A DNA stretch of 64,000 nucleotides, taken from positions 46,376,001 to 46,440,000 of the forward strand of contig CM060731.1 of assembly GCA_030704615.1 (NCBI GenBank), given 5' to 3'. Position 1 is the first letter of the stretch. Each line of letters opens with the position of its first letter. Source of the stretch: Takakia lepidozioides (lineage: Eukaryota > Plantae > Bryophyta). Shown here piece after piece: positions 1 to 11,847 of this stretch. A model generated the notes under the pieces. That model was given only the letters and a program-made list of their open reading frames with translations. It did not search any database and had not been told where the DNA came from. A program made the position numbers and the translations under genes.

Positions 1-3000
1 GCCTGCACCTCCCTCGGAGGTTTGCCACAGCGGCGCTGTTGGGCAAACAATGCAATTAAATGTACAATATAAGAGGCCTCGTGCCCCTCAGGGGCCTCCC
101 GGAATGTGTGATCAAGGCTAGTCGGCTAGGCAGGCCCTCCAGCTCTGTGCTTCTCTGCGCCCGTTTTTCTTTTTTTGGTGATTTGTGTCCGTACTGGAAT
201 CCATGATCCTATCAAGTACATATGTGCTCTATACTCACCATCACGTAAGGCTTCTCTCAGTTTAAGATTGTGCAGTTTCTTTGTTTATGGCCTGCATGTG
301 TGTAGGTGAGGTATGTGCGGTTGAACAGAAAGGAAACATATTAAAAATCTTCAGACTGATCGAGGGGTTTGCAGACCTCAGTGAGTGGTGTGCCTGCATG
401 GATATCATATTTCTCTGGAGTTGCCGATTATGAGTGTTGGAGCTAAATTCAAGATAGATGTGCATGTATGTATACACATTACCACATCAAAAATCCTGCA
501 CTTGGAGACGCCCCTTAACTGGAAGTCGCGCAGTGGTAGGCTACACCAGGGCTGATGCAGTCACCTCTCATGACTCATTAACTACCAGCCTCTTTTGGAT
601 GAGGGTTACTTGGTCTGGCATACCACTATTGAACATCAACATCAACTCTCAATCATTCAAATACCAACTCCCTTTTTACTCCTTGTAGCTGAGGGTTTGC
701 TTGTCTCGCATACCACTTGAAGCCCCCAAACATTCCAGAGTACATCCAAAGATTCTCATGTTTCTTGCCTGGCAGAAGTGGATAGTGAATTAGTTTATGA
801 AATACTGTACTTTTCTTTCCTCTTTGCTTTTACTTAAACCAGTAGTGAGACGGTGCTTTTATGAAATTGTTGTGCCCCTTTCTGTGAGACACCATGCGAA
901 TGGGGCTCAAAGCCCGGATAACAGTGTGCTGGTGAAGGGGTGATTGTATTGCGAAGGCCATGCTTCCAAGCAGTGCCGTTTATTCCCTGGAATGACTGTG
1001 GGGTTCAACACGGCATCTTCAATTTTTGCTGACCAGTCACAGATGTTGTTGTCAATCATAAATTTTGCAGAGAAGCTGGGTGGAGGGGGAGAGAACGTAG
1101 ACTTGCCCAGTAGCAATTCTGAACACAAGCCTCCATGATCCACAGTCATTTATACGTGCGTTTTTGCAATTTTCTTTTTCACTTTGCTGTAATGTCTGGG
1201 CGAAGAACGCGCTCCATAGTTTCTCGTTTTTGCAGCTCTTGCTGTTGTTTGGTGTCACAGCTAGTACCATCTAGTTTGCAGCGATGTGAAGGACAGCCAA
1301 AGCCTGATATAATATTTAGCAACTGCTCCAGCCCCATCTGCAAATGGAGACTTTATTGTAAGTAGCATTCAAAACAATTTTGTTGAGCTCCTCCCCATCA
1401 TATTAAAGTTTTGGACCGTTATCATAACTTGAAGTTTCGGATGTCTGAGTTGGGCTTGCAGCCTTGAGATAGACCGATGGTACAGATAGCACTGGAATGA
1501 GTCGAATTGGAATTGAAGGAGCTGCAATATTGCTTGGGTCTTGGATGCCAGCCCAAAATTCACCACCTAGGACCATCCCACGATGTTCATTCAACTGAAA
1601 GCTTGTGGGCCGGCCCCTTGCGCTAGTTTGCCAATATTGACAAACTAGACATCTGGTCATAAGTCCCGCCCCAAGACATGAAGGTGGCCTCCACAGAAAC
1701 AATGGAGTTGGCTCAGCATCATGTTATATCTTGCCATGACATCCTGCCAACTTATTTTCCTGTACATAGCTTTCGCCCTGCTGTCCCAGGTGGCTGGAAT
1801 GAGCTGTTGATTCATAGTTGGCCGGACTTTGAGAAATATCATGAGTGTATAAGTCAAAGTTTGGAACCATACAGATAGTGTTGGAATGATTCTCTTAAAG
1901 TAAAACTGCATTACTTGGGGTGCACATCATGAGTATAGGAAGTACTCTGATAGTGAAGCGGGTAGTCATTCTACGCAATAGCAGAGTGTAATGTTTTCAG
2001 TATATTGGGCAATGTTGGGTCAGCTGACCAGACCAGGTAGCAGCCCATTTTTGGTCTGCAACATCAGCCTAGGCCACTGTAGGAAGGGTCTACCGACATT
2101 GAGTCAAGCTGGAGAAGCTTGAGAGACTAAGTCAAGCCCTCCCACTGTCCCTACGACATACCCTAAAGGGCAGGTCCTGCCGTCCTGACTGATATATACT
2201 GAAGCCGGTCAGGGCTGGAATTACATCATTGTCGTCCAAGCATGATGTTGATGCCCACACCAATACTGAAGCTCTCTCCCTGGTACATGTGGCCGTGGTT
2301 GCATTGTTGGTGACACTGTAGTCCCCCGAGTGCGAAGAAAGGGAGAGAAACAAAAAGTACTCATTGACCATTCCTACAAATAACGGCTAGGATGTACAGT
2401 TGAGACCTAAAATCCCCTCAGCATACTAACAGTAGGTCTACCTCTTTTCTAATCTGAATTTCATGCCACGGAGATCAAGCACAACAAACAACAAGTGAGG
2501 GTTAGGCAACTGACTGCTGAACTGGGGGCTGCCATTGACATCATGCTACAGAGTGTGAGGTCAGTTTAAGCATTGCTCATTTCTTTGGCTTCCAGGAGAC
2601 ATTATGCAGGCTGTAGCTGCTAGACAGGCATAATACCGCAGTAGAGCAAGGCAGAGTTGAATCACCCACATATCCCTGTATTACCCGCGCGGAGATGGAC
2701 GACCGATATAACCCATTACGGAAGATGTGAATGTCCCCAAACACGCCGCTGCTGGCATGCCGCACCCAAGACCGTTCCATCGTCCAAGCTATAGCCTTAG
2801 GCATAGTCAATGTAACGTATCATATTGAAGAGAATGGTCTTAGACAGAAATTGTCAGTATAAGTGTCTAAATTCTAGCGACGACCGAAGGTCAGAAGCTA
2901 GTTTAGCGAATAGGGTGCCATAGTGCCACATCGTCGCCACATTTCGTCACCAGGTCATCGTAGACACATCGTCGTCGTCGTCAATTTCTTTGGAACCTGC

Positions 3001-3059
3001 CCGAAATGCCCAAAAAGCAGCGCGGGGAAGGGCGTGCTCGAGCGCGGAGGGGTTTCACG

Positions 3060-3804
3060 CGATGTGGTGAGGGCACCTTCTTCTTCGACCTGTTTCAGCC
3101 TGTTTTACCTCTCATGAGACTCGGCCTTGAGATCCTGTTATCAGAGTCGTCCCTAAATTCTGATGTTGAACTCTGCAAGGTAGCTCGTTGGTGGATCTAT
3201 GGTGGTTTTGGAGTGATTTTAACATGTTACTGCCAATGTGGCAACAGGAAAGAATCGAAAAACAGATAACAGAGACGAGGAGAAGCTTTGGAATGCTCAC
3301 CTCAACGATGACCGCAGCTTCTAAACAGTATCAAGAGAGGGAGTCCACAATGCCTCTTCTGGCACTTCTGCGTATGTGAAGATGTTTTGTGAGGCAGGCA
3401 GACTGACAGAGGCTCTCTGCACAGATAGCTGAAGGAGCAGGGATAGAGGGTGGGTCCAAATTCATCGAAGAGGGCCGGATTTCAAGCTCCAGATCACCTA
3501 TGATTCCCTGTGGAAGGACAGGTACAAAAAACAGATGGTCAACTACAACCCGCAGCGGCAGCGGCTAATGAACGCACCTTCTTCAACACATTTCACCCTA
3601 TTTTTCCCTCTTATCAGAGTCGGCCCTAAATTTCCATGTTGAATTATGCAAGTTAGCTAGTTGAGTATTGATAGTTTGGAGTGAATGACATGATACGGCC
3701 AATGTGACAACAAGAAAGTATCCAGAAACAGGTAACAGAGCTGATGAGAAGCTGTGGAATGAATACTTTTCCTGAGTTAATGGTGGGACAACCGAGGCAA
3801 AAAG
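3060..3804 (+). pseudogene. Scrambled exons encoding OSB-type PDF motifs (organellar ssDNA-binding repeat) upstream of PPR sequence
   Basis: 3460-3531 reads IHRRGPDFKLQITYDSLWKDRYKK. 3747-3804 reads EKLWNEYF(frameshift)WWDNRGKK followed by a GT donor at 3805. Together these match the PDF consensus W..F...P..WWDNR..K.NP..PDFKHK.T.E.LW. A PPR N-terminal-like stretch VKMFCEAGRLTEAL lies at ~3376-3418. Confidence 0.7.
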
Positions 3805-3852
3805 GTGAATGTCTGTTGGATTATAGAGAGTAGCAGATGCAATTGAGCTCCT

Positions 3853-4891
3853 GACCACTGCCTTGGTGGACATATGCCAAATGTGGGTGGATCGAGGATG
3901 CGAATGGAGTTTTCAACACTGTGGCTGAACGAGATGTGGTGTCGTGGAATGCGATGCTTGCAGGGTATGCACAGCAGGGGCACGGGATGGAGGCTTTGGA
4001 GACCTATGAACAAATGATGGGGGAAGTGGTGAAGCCCGACCACATCACGTTTGTATGCGTATGCAAGCCTGGCAGCCTTGGAGAATGGCATGGTTGCATC
4101 GCCAAAGCTGGAATTGTACCAGATGTGGTTGTGAACAATACCCTCGTGGTCATGTATGCCAGATGTGGAATGCGATGATCGCAAGATATGCCCAGCATGT
4201 TGTCATAGGGAGGTCCTGCAACTATTTGAAGGAATGCAAAAGAACGGCTTGAAGCTGGACAACCTTTATATGTGTTCTCTGTGCATGCAACCACATTGGC
4301 CTGTATTGAATGAAGGAAGACACTACTTCGATTCCCTGAGTCAAGATCATGGTATCACTCCGACAATAAAGCACTTTGGCTGCATGGTGGACCTTTTTGG
4401 ACGTGTGGGACAACTGGATGAGGCAGGGGACCTGATTAATAAAATGCCAATCAATCCAGATGTTGTGGTGTGGAAGGCCTTGCTTGGTGCTTGCAGAATC
4501 CATGACAATGTGGAGATGGCTAAACGTGTGGCAACATCTATCCTCAAGTAGGATGAACAGGATGTCACGTCTTATGTGTTGCTATCAAACATTTATGTTG
4601 CGGCTGGCAGGTGGGATGATACTACACAGGTGAGAAGAATGATGAGAGTGAGAGGGGTTAAAAAGGAGCTAGGTCGCTGCTGCATTGAGGTTGGCAACAG
4701 GGTGCACACCTTCGTTGTAGATGACAAGTTGCATCCCAGAATTAAGAAAATCCATGTTGAGCTGGGCAGATGAAAGAGGCCTAGGTGGGGTATGTGCCTG
4801 ACACGCGCTTTGTATTGCATGATGTGGGGAGGAGGAAAATGAATTTTCTCTTTGCCACCACAGTGAGAAGCTAGCGATTGGTTTTGCTCTG
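3853..4891 (+). pseudogene. PLS-class PPR with E1/E2 and truncated DYW deaminase (RNA editing factor pseudogene)
   Basis: ERDVVSWNAMLAGYAQQGHGMEAL, HFGCMVDLFGRVGQLDEA, VVWKALLGACRIH, YVLLSNIYVAAGRWDD, PG-box-like KKELGRCCIEV, GYVPDTRFVLHDV, CHHSEKLAIGFAL. Multiple frameshifts and stops (e.g. TAG 4549-4551). Confidence 0.93.
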
Positions 4892-6611
4892 GAAAAGGGG
4901 AAAGAGGTCCCTGCTGACATCGTCAAAGCTGGAATTGTACCAAATGTCATTCTGAACACTGCCCTGGTGGAAATGTCTGTCAAATGTGCGTGCATCGAGG
5001 ATCCCAAGGGAGTGCTCGAAAGTATGGCTGAACGAGATGTGGTGTCGTGGAGTGCGATGATTGCAGGCTATGCACAGCAAGAATGCGGGATGGAGGCTTT
5101 GGAGACCTATGAGCAAGTGATGTGCGAAGGGGTGAAGCCCAACCACATAACGTTTGTTTTTGTTTGCAATGCGTGTGCAAGCCTGGGAGCTCTGGAAAAA
5201 AGGAAAGAGGTGACATTGTCAAAGCTGGAATTGTACCAGATGTCATCCTGAACACTGCCCTGGTCGACATGTATGCACGGGATGGAGGCTTTTGAGACCT
5301 ATGAGCAAGTGATGTGCGAAGGGGGGAGGGGATTCCATGCCTGGATTGCCCTTGCATTCAGATGTTGCCCTCCACAAGCCTGGCATCCTGGAAAATGGCA
5401 AGAGCTGCATGGTTGCATCACCAAATCTGCGAAGGGAGGGTTCGACACTATGGCTGAATGTGATGTGGTGTCGTGGAACACGATGCTTGCAGGGTATGCA
5501 CAGCAGGGGCCCGAGATGAGGCTTTGGATACCTATGAGCAAATGATATTACATGTATGCCAATCAGGGAGTATGAAGGATGCGCAAGTGTTTAATAAAAT
5601 GGGTCAACGGGATGTGGTCTCATGGAACACCATGATTGCAGGATATGCCCAGAATGGGTGTGGTAGGCAGGCTTTGGAGATCTATGAGAAGATGCAATGG
5701 GAAGGGTCGACACCCAACAGGGCCACGTTCCTCTGTGTTCTGAGCGCATGTGCAAGCCTAGAAGCCTTGAAAAAATGCAAAAAGGTCCTTGCTAACATTC
5801 TCAAACCTGGAATTGCGTCATATATTAAATTGGAAACTGCCCTTGCTGACATGTACGCCAAATGCAGGAGCATGAAGGACAACGACAAGTATTGAAGAGT
5901 ATGGATGTACGAGATGTGGTCTCATGGAGTGCCATGATCGCTGGGTACGCTCAGGATGGTGTAGTAGGGAGGCATTTGAGGTTTATAAGAAAATGCAACT
6001 GGAAGGGGTGACACGCAACAGGGTCACCTTCATCTGCATTCTCAAGGCTTGTGCCAGCCTAGGAGCCCTGGAAATGGGCAAAGAAGTCCACAGTGACATC
6101 ATCAAAACTGAGATTGTGTCAGATATAACTTTGGAGAATACACTTGTCAACATGTATGCCAAATGTGGGAACATAAAGGATGCGCATCAAGTGTTTGACA
6201 AGATGACTAAACGAGAAGTGGTCTCATGGAGTGCCATGATCGCATGATACGTACATGATGGGTCTAGTAGGGAGGCTTTCAAGATCTATGAGCAGATGGA
6301 ACTTGAAGGGGTGACGCCCAACCATGTCACATTTATTTGCATTCTCAATGCGTGTGCCAGCCTTGGAGCCTTGGGAAAGGGTAAAGAGGTCCATGCTGAC
6401 ATCCTGAAAGCTGGAATCTGGAGACTGCACTTGTAGACATGTAAGCCAAATTTTGGAAACTTAGAGGATGCGCGTGAAGTGTTTGACAGTATGGCTAAAC
6501 AAGATGGGGTCTCATGGAATGCGCTGATCATAGGATATGTTCAGCACGGGTGTGGTAGGGAGGCCTTGCTCCTATTGGAACAAATGCAACAAGAAGGCGT
6601 GAAGCCTAATA
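4886..6611 (+). pseudogene. PLS-class PPR array pseudogene, 5' part (interrupted by CACTA at 6612)
   Basis: Repeated RDVVSW(S/N)AMIAGYAQ / VTFICILKACASLGALEMGKEVH / ENTLVNMYAKCG triplets with frameshifts. Ends at EGVKPN. Confidence 0.93.
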
Positions 6612-7490
6612 CACTACAACAGATCCTGGCTTTAACGTCTGCCATATTTGCCCAGTCGTAGCATATATGTCTACAAAATGCAAGGGGGCAGTCCTGGATG
6701 CAAATTGTGACCACCAGAAGACGTATATGCCACTGTGTGCCTCCGCCACGTCAGGATCTGCGGTCAAACACATTTGACCAGATAGATTGAGATGGTAGAT
6801 ACGACTACGAGTAATGGTCAAAACTACACTATGATGACATGAACATTGCAAAGTATGTCTGCCAGTATTCACGACTGCACGTGACAATCGTTGGTTGCCC
6901 AAGGAATGTCTATGTGGAAAATGCAAAGATAAATGGATGAAATAGAACGAGGATGTGACTACAAATGACGACGTGTCTACATATAATTGCTCGCGTGGTT
7001 GAAATATTGTGGTGTATTGGATGCAAGTGCATCTAACGGCTGCAAATGATACGACTTTGAGGGTGACGTCGACTTACAGGTGATTTATTTTAAATTGTAA
7101 GTGGTTTCAATAACTTCACTAGCAACTCCACAATTATATTTTAAATTCATATTATTTGAGATATATATTAGTAATTAAATAAAATATACAGTCGTTTTAA
7201 TTGTGACTCATTTAATGACTATGAATATATATACAAATATATAAAGTTAAAAATACCTTTATATAATGACATGGAATATATAATCATTTTATATATTGTT
7301 AGGGTGCAAAACGTTCAAAGAATTCAAAAGATTGGCTCGAATTTAGGGTTGCTAGGTCGCAGAGAGTGCAGGGGACTTAGTGTTTTTTGCGGGCTGCGTC
7401 TTCCTAGTGCCAAAGCATCGCGATAGCACGCCGTGTTTCAATCGTGTTTCAATCTCTACCTGCTCGAATGCACCGTGGCCGCTCTCACAG

Positions 7491-9835
7491 ACCTATCCGA
7501 CATTACCTGACTATAGACACAAACAGCACACACAAGAGGTCCTCTCGGTTTCATGGTCAGTCCAATCCTCCATGGGTCAAGACACAAGGTCGATGACAAT
7601 GTGGTGAGGGCACCTTCTTCTTCGACCTATTTCAGCCTGTTTTGCCCTCTCATCAGACTCGGCCCTGCATTTGCAGCACGGAGCAGAGCTGGCATGAGTT
7701 TTTGAAAGATCCTTCACGCTGGTGGGACAACCGTAATCGGAAGGTGTGGCTTTTTCTTAATGTACGATGTGAAGAAGTTTGTCCATCCTGCAAATGTGCT
7801 CTCGGCTCCTGTTAGTACCATGATTTGGTATTCTTCCTGATGTTTACAAGGTTCTTGGGAGAGTCAGCTTGGTCTTAGCAGGTCGTGTTTCAATCTCTGC
7901 CCGCTCAGTTGCACCGTGGTGGTTCTCACGGACCAATCCGACATTACCTGACTACGGACACAAGCAGCACACACGAGGTCCTCTTGGTTTCATGGTCAGT
8001 CCAATCCTCCATGGGTCAAGACACAAGGTCGAGGACAATGTGGTGAGGGCACCTTCTTCTTCAACCTATTTCTGCCTGTTTTACCCTCTCATCAGACTCG
8101 GCCCCGAGATGCATATTTAATTCTGTAAGTTAGCTGGTTGGGTGGATCTGTGGTGGTTAGGAGTGACTATGACAAGCTACTGCCGATGTGGCAGCAGGAA
8201 GGTATCCAAAAACAGATAACATAGATGAGGAGAAGCACGTTGGTGCATCGATGGTGGTTTTGGAGTGATTTTGACATGTTGCTGTAGGTAGGGTTAAGGC
8301 GTCAGTGTCAGCTGCTTCAGCTGCTAGCTGCAGCAAGGCTGAGGATGTATTCACGATTTGTACACAGGCATGGATAGCTGAAGGAGTGCAGGGATAGATT
8401 GTGGTTCCAGATTCATCCAAGATTCCCGGATTTCAAGCTCTTCCCTGTGGAGGATAGCTACAAGAAACAGATGGTCAACTGGCAGTGGCACTGCTAGTGC
8501 AGTATCAACTAGCACTGCTAATGAAGGTACCTTCTTCAACACATTTCAGCCTGTTTTTCTCTGTCATCAGAGTCGTCCCTCAATTTTCCATGTTGAATTC
8601 TGCAAGTTAGCTCCTTGATGGATCTCTGGTGGTTTTCGAGTGATTTTGACATGTTTTGGAGTGATTTTGACATGTGACAGGTTCATGGCTGGAGTTCTTC
8701 AGCTTGTTTTGCCCTCTCATCAGACTTGGCCCCGAGATGCATATTGAATTCTGTAAGTGAGCTCGTTGGGGTGGATGTGTGGTGGCCGTTTAGAGTGACT
8801 TTTGACAAGTTAATGCCGATGTGACTGCAGGAAAGTGTCGAAAAACAGATAACAGAGATGAGGAGAAGCTTTGGACAGACTTGGCCCTGACATGCATATT
8901 GAATTCTGTAAGTTAGCTCGTTGGATGGATCTCTGGTCGTTTGGGGTGACTTTGACAAGTCTCTGCTGATGTGGCAGCAGGAAAGTATCTGCGTGGGTGG
9001 ATGGTCAACTGGAAACAGCAGGGGCAGCAACTCAATTGGTAGAACAAGGCATTGCTAATGAAGGTACCTTCTTCAACACATTTCACCCTTGTCGTGTTTC
9101 AATCTCTGCCCGCTCAGTTGCACAGTGATGGTTCTCACGGACCAATCCGACATTACCTGATTACAGACACAAGCAGCACACACAAGAGGTCCTCTTGGGT
9201 TCATGGTCAGTCAAATCCTCCATGGGTCATGACACAAGGACGAGGACAATGTGGTAAAGATACCTTCTTCTTCGACCTATTTCAGCTTGTTTTTCCCTCT
9301 CATCAGACTCAGCCCTGAATTTGCATATTAAATTCTGTAAGTTAGCTCGTTGGGTGGATCTGTGGTGGTTTGAAGTGACTTTCACAAGTTATTGCCGATA
9401 TGGCAGCAGGAAAGTACCCAAAAACAGATAACAGAGATGAAGAGAAGCTTTGGAATGAACGCTTTTCCGACCTGGAGGAGCAGGGATAGAGTGTGGGTCC
9501 AGATTCATCCAAGAGGGCCAGATCTGAAGCTCCAGATTACCTATGATTCGATGTGGAAGGATAGGTACAAAAAACCTGCATGGGTAGATGGTCAACTGGT
9601 AGCAGCGGCACAATTGATAAAATCAGGCACTGGTAATCAAGGCACCTTCTTCAACACAATTCACCCTGTTTTTCCCTCTTATCTGAATCGGCCCTAAATT
9701 TTCATGTTGAATTCTTTGATAGTTTGGAGTGACTTTCACATGATACTGCCACTGTGACAACAGGAAAGTATCCACAAACAGGTAACAGAGACGAGGAGAA
9801 GTTGTGGAATGAATACTTTCTGACCCCAGTCAATG
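7491..9835 (+). pseudogene. Array of duplicated OSB-type PDF-motif exons and introns carried inside the CACTA element
   Basis: Exon 7677-7743 TEQSWHEFLKDPSRWWDNRNRK (AG/GT flanked). T(N/Y)PTLPDY(R/G)HKQHT..HGQSNPPWV copies at ~7491, ~7932, ~9141. IHPRxPD(F/L)KL copies at ~8411 and ~9503 (IHPRGPDLKLQITYDSMWKDRYKKPAWV). DEEKLW halves at ~8850, ~9440, ~9790. Confidence 0.78.
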
Positions 9836-11689
9836 GTACCACGGGTGGGACCCTAAGAGGTTCCTTCTGTTCTGTATAAAATACTTTCAGGAGAGTAATG
9901 CAAGTCTTCACTAATGTTATTGTTGAAGGTTATGTTGTTGCAACAGAATCGAGAAATGGGTATTGTATACTTGACAGCTTATTTATTCTACTCAATGTGT
10001 TTGCTCCATTTGCCTCAAAGTGCTGTGGTTGATTGAGCATTCTGAGTACGTTGTGAACTCCCGGAAGTCCTGTCAGTCCTATGTGACCAATGCTCTTTGT
10101 AAGCAGCCCATTATAGTTTCCACTCCACAAGCACTTGTCCAGAGCCCCACTGGTCCCAAAATCCCTTGAGGAATAACCGAACAAGCAAGCCTGTCTATGG
10201 TATGAGAATAACCATGCCACTGTAGGCATGCTACATGTTGTAGTAACTGTTGCATTTGTGTCCAATGTAGTAAGAGATCAAGTGGACAAGTGATGGATGG
10301 GATGGAATAGCAATGGACAGGTGGGCGATGCATTTTGAAGATGGACCATGCACCACTGTGTTTGGGTGGTCAACTGTGTTGGAGCTCGTAACTACAAGTT
10401 CTTCCTTCTTTCTTTGCTATTTTGTGATCATGATACTAGCATCAGCAGGCATTGCAGCCAAAACCAAGTTCGACATCTTCTCTTACTTTGATTCATGGCA
10501 GCGGATTACCTTTGATGGCATCACTCAAGGGTTTATGGTGTGTTCCACTTCCTTCTTTTGACCCTCCGTATCTTTACCAGTGGCGCTCTTAGGCTATTCC
10601 TCATGTTTTGCGAGGACATGCACTTGCCTATGTTTCATGGCTGGAATGGGTAGCGGAATTAGTGAATGACGCCTCTCTGCCATGAAAGTATCTGGTTGAG
10701 TTGAGTTTTTGCAAGATTGGTGAAGATCCTTACAGATGAAAGGTTGCTAGGGGAACCTAGGTGCAGAGTTCTTCATCTGTTTGTTGTGTTGAAGGAGGTG
10801 ATGGTAGGAAAAACATGTATAGCATGTATGCTCAGCACCTTGTACTGATTGATGCACTGAACTTGTGTGTGGGGGCTGGTTGGACAGTCCTTCGTACTAT
10901 TCTGGACGTATCCTACCAAAATAATGGTCCTGGCAATTCTAGGTTATGTTGGTGGATGTCTGGCTCTGTTTTGCTGCATGTCTGTACCTTTGTCATTGAC
11001 AATACTTTGGCTTCTGAAGGAGTAAACTAGAGTAACTTCTTCAGCGAGACATGCATGTGTGATGACCCTGGCCTACAGCTGTGCCCTTGACATTACTCAG
11101 ATTTGCTTATGACATTGTTCATATTTTCTAGCGCTGCTGAAGCTGCATGGATGAAGCTTCTTCAACACAGCCGATGGAGTCTTCATCATAGTATGGAAAA
11201 TTGGAATCTTCGAAAGACAGCTCAGGAACATAAGCCATGCTAATTCCAGCAGTAGGGAGCAATGGGGAAAAGGAGTTCAAGGCAGAAAATGGTGTGGCAT
11301 TGGTTGCGGACAACACAACAACTATTGAAGTGCACCATGTGACAACCCTGTGTTAGGCCTCCTTCATTCAGCCGAACAATTTCCATTTTATTGCAGACAC
11401 TCGTTGTCCTTTTCAACCAATTTGTCACATTATCTTTTTGGGGACACTGGTCATAAGTACTTGATCCAGGCTGTATGAGATAGCTAGACAAATTGAGCTG
11501 AGATATGGATCCGTGCTATCCAACCACACCGATAAAATTGAAGCTATAGTATGAGCTTCAGTTCAAGTATCCCATCAGTTTGTAAGGATCTCTCTGAGTG
11601 GTATTGACTCTTTGCAATTCAGCATCTCATGCCTGAGTTCCATCTTTTGTTAAATGTGGTCAGGCATATGAAAAGAAGGCTTCCACAGA

Positions 11690-11847
11690 GGCATTTCAGC
11701 AGATTCAGATACATATGTCTGTCTCTTGCTTGAGTGCATCAAGATGGAAGGTCTGGAAGCTGGAAAGCAGGTGCACGCACACTCACATTATCCAAAGTGG
11801 ATTCTCGCCAAATGTTTTTCTACTCAACACCCTTGTCAACATGTATG
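11690..11847 (+). pseudogene. PPR L-motif fragment inside the CACTA element
   Basis: GISADSDTYVCLLLECIKMEGLEAGKQVHAH / IIQSGFSPNVFLLNTLVNMY. Confidence 0.8.

Noticed and set aside
470-2800. Coding-like minus-strand stretches (e.g. NEHRGMVLGGEFWAG, DHGGLCSELLLGKSTF)
   Set aside because: Riddled with stops and no family motif recognised. May be a decayed gene but cannot be supported without a search.
2860-3000. AGCGACGA/CGTCGC-rich patch resembling CACTA subterminal repeats just before the PDF/PPR mosaic
   Set aside because: No CACTA terminus or TSD found, so an outer Pack element cannot be claimed.
3060-9840. Recurrent ~60-100 bp blocks as a CRISPR-like array or SINE family
   Set aside because: Spacing is irregular, there are no unique spacers or Pol III boxes, and the blocks resolve into duplicated exons and introns.
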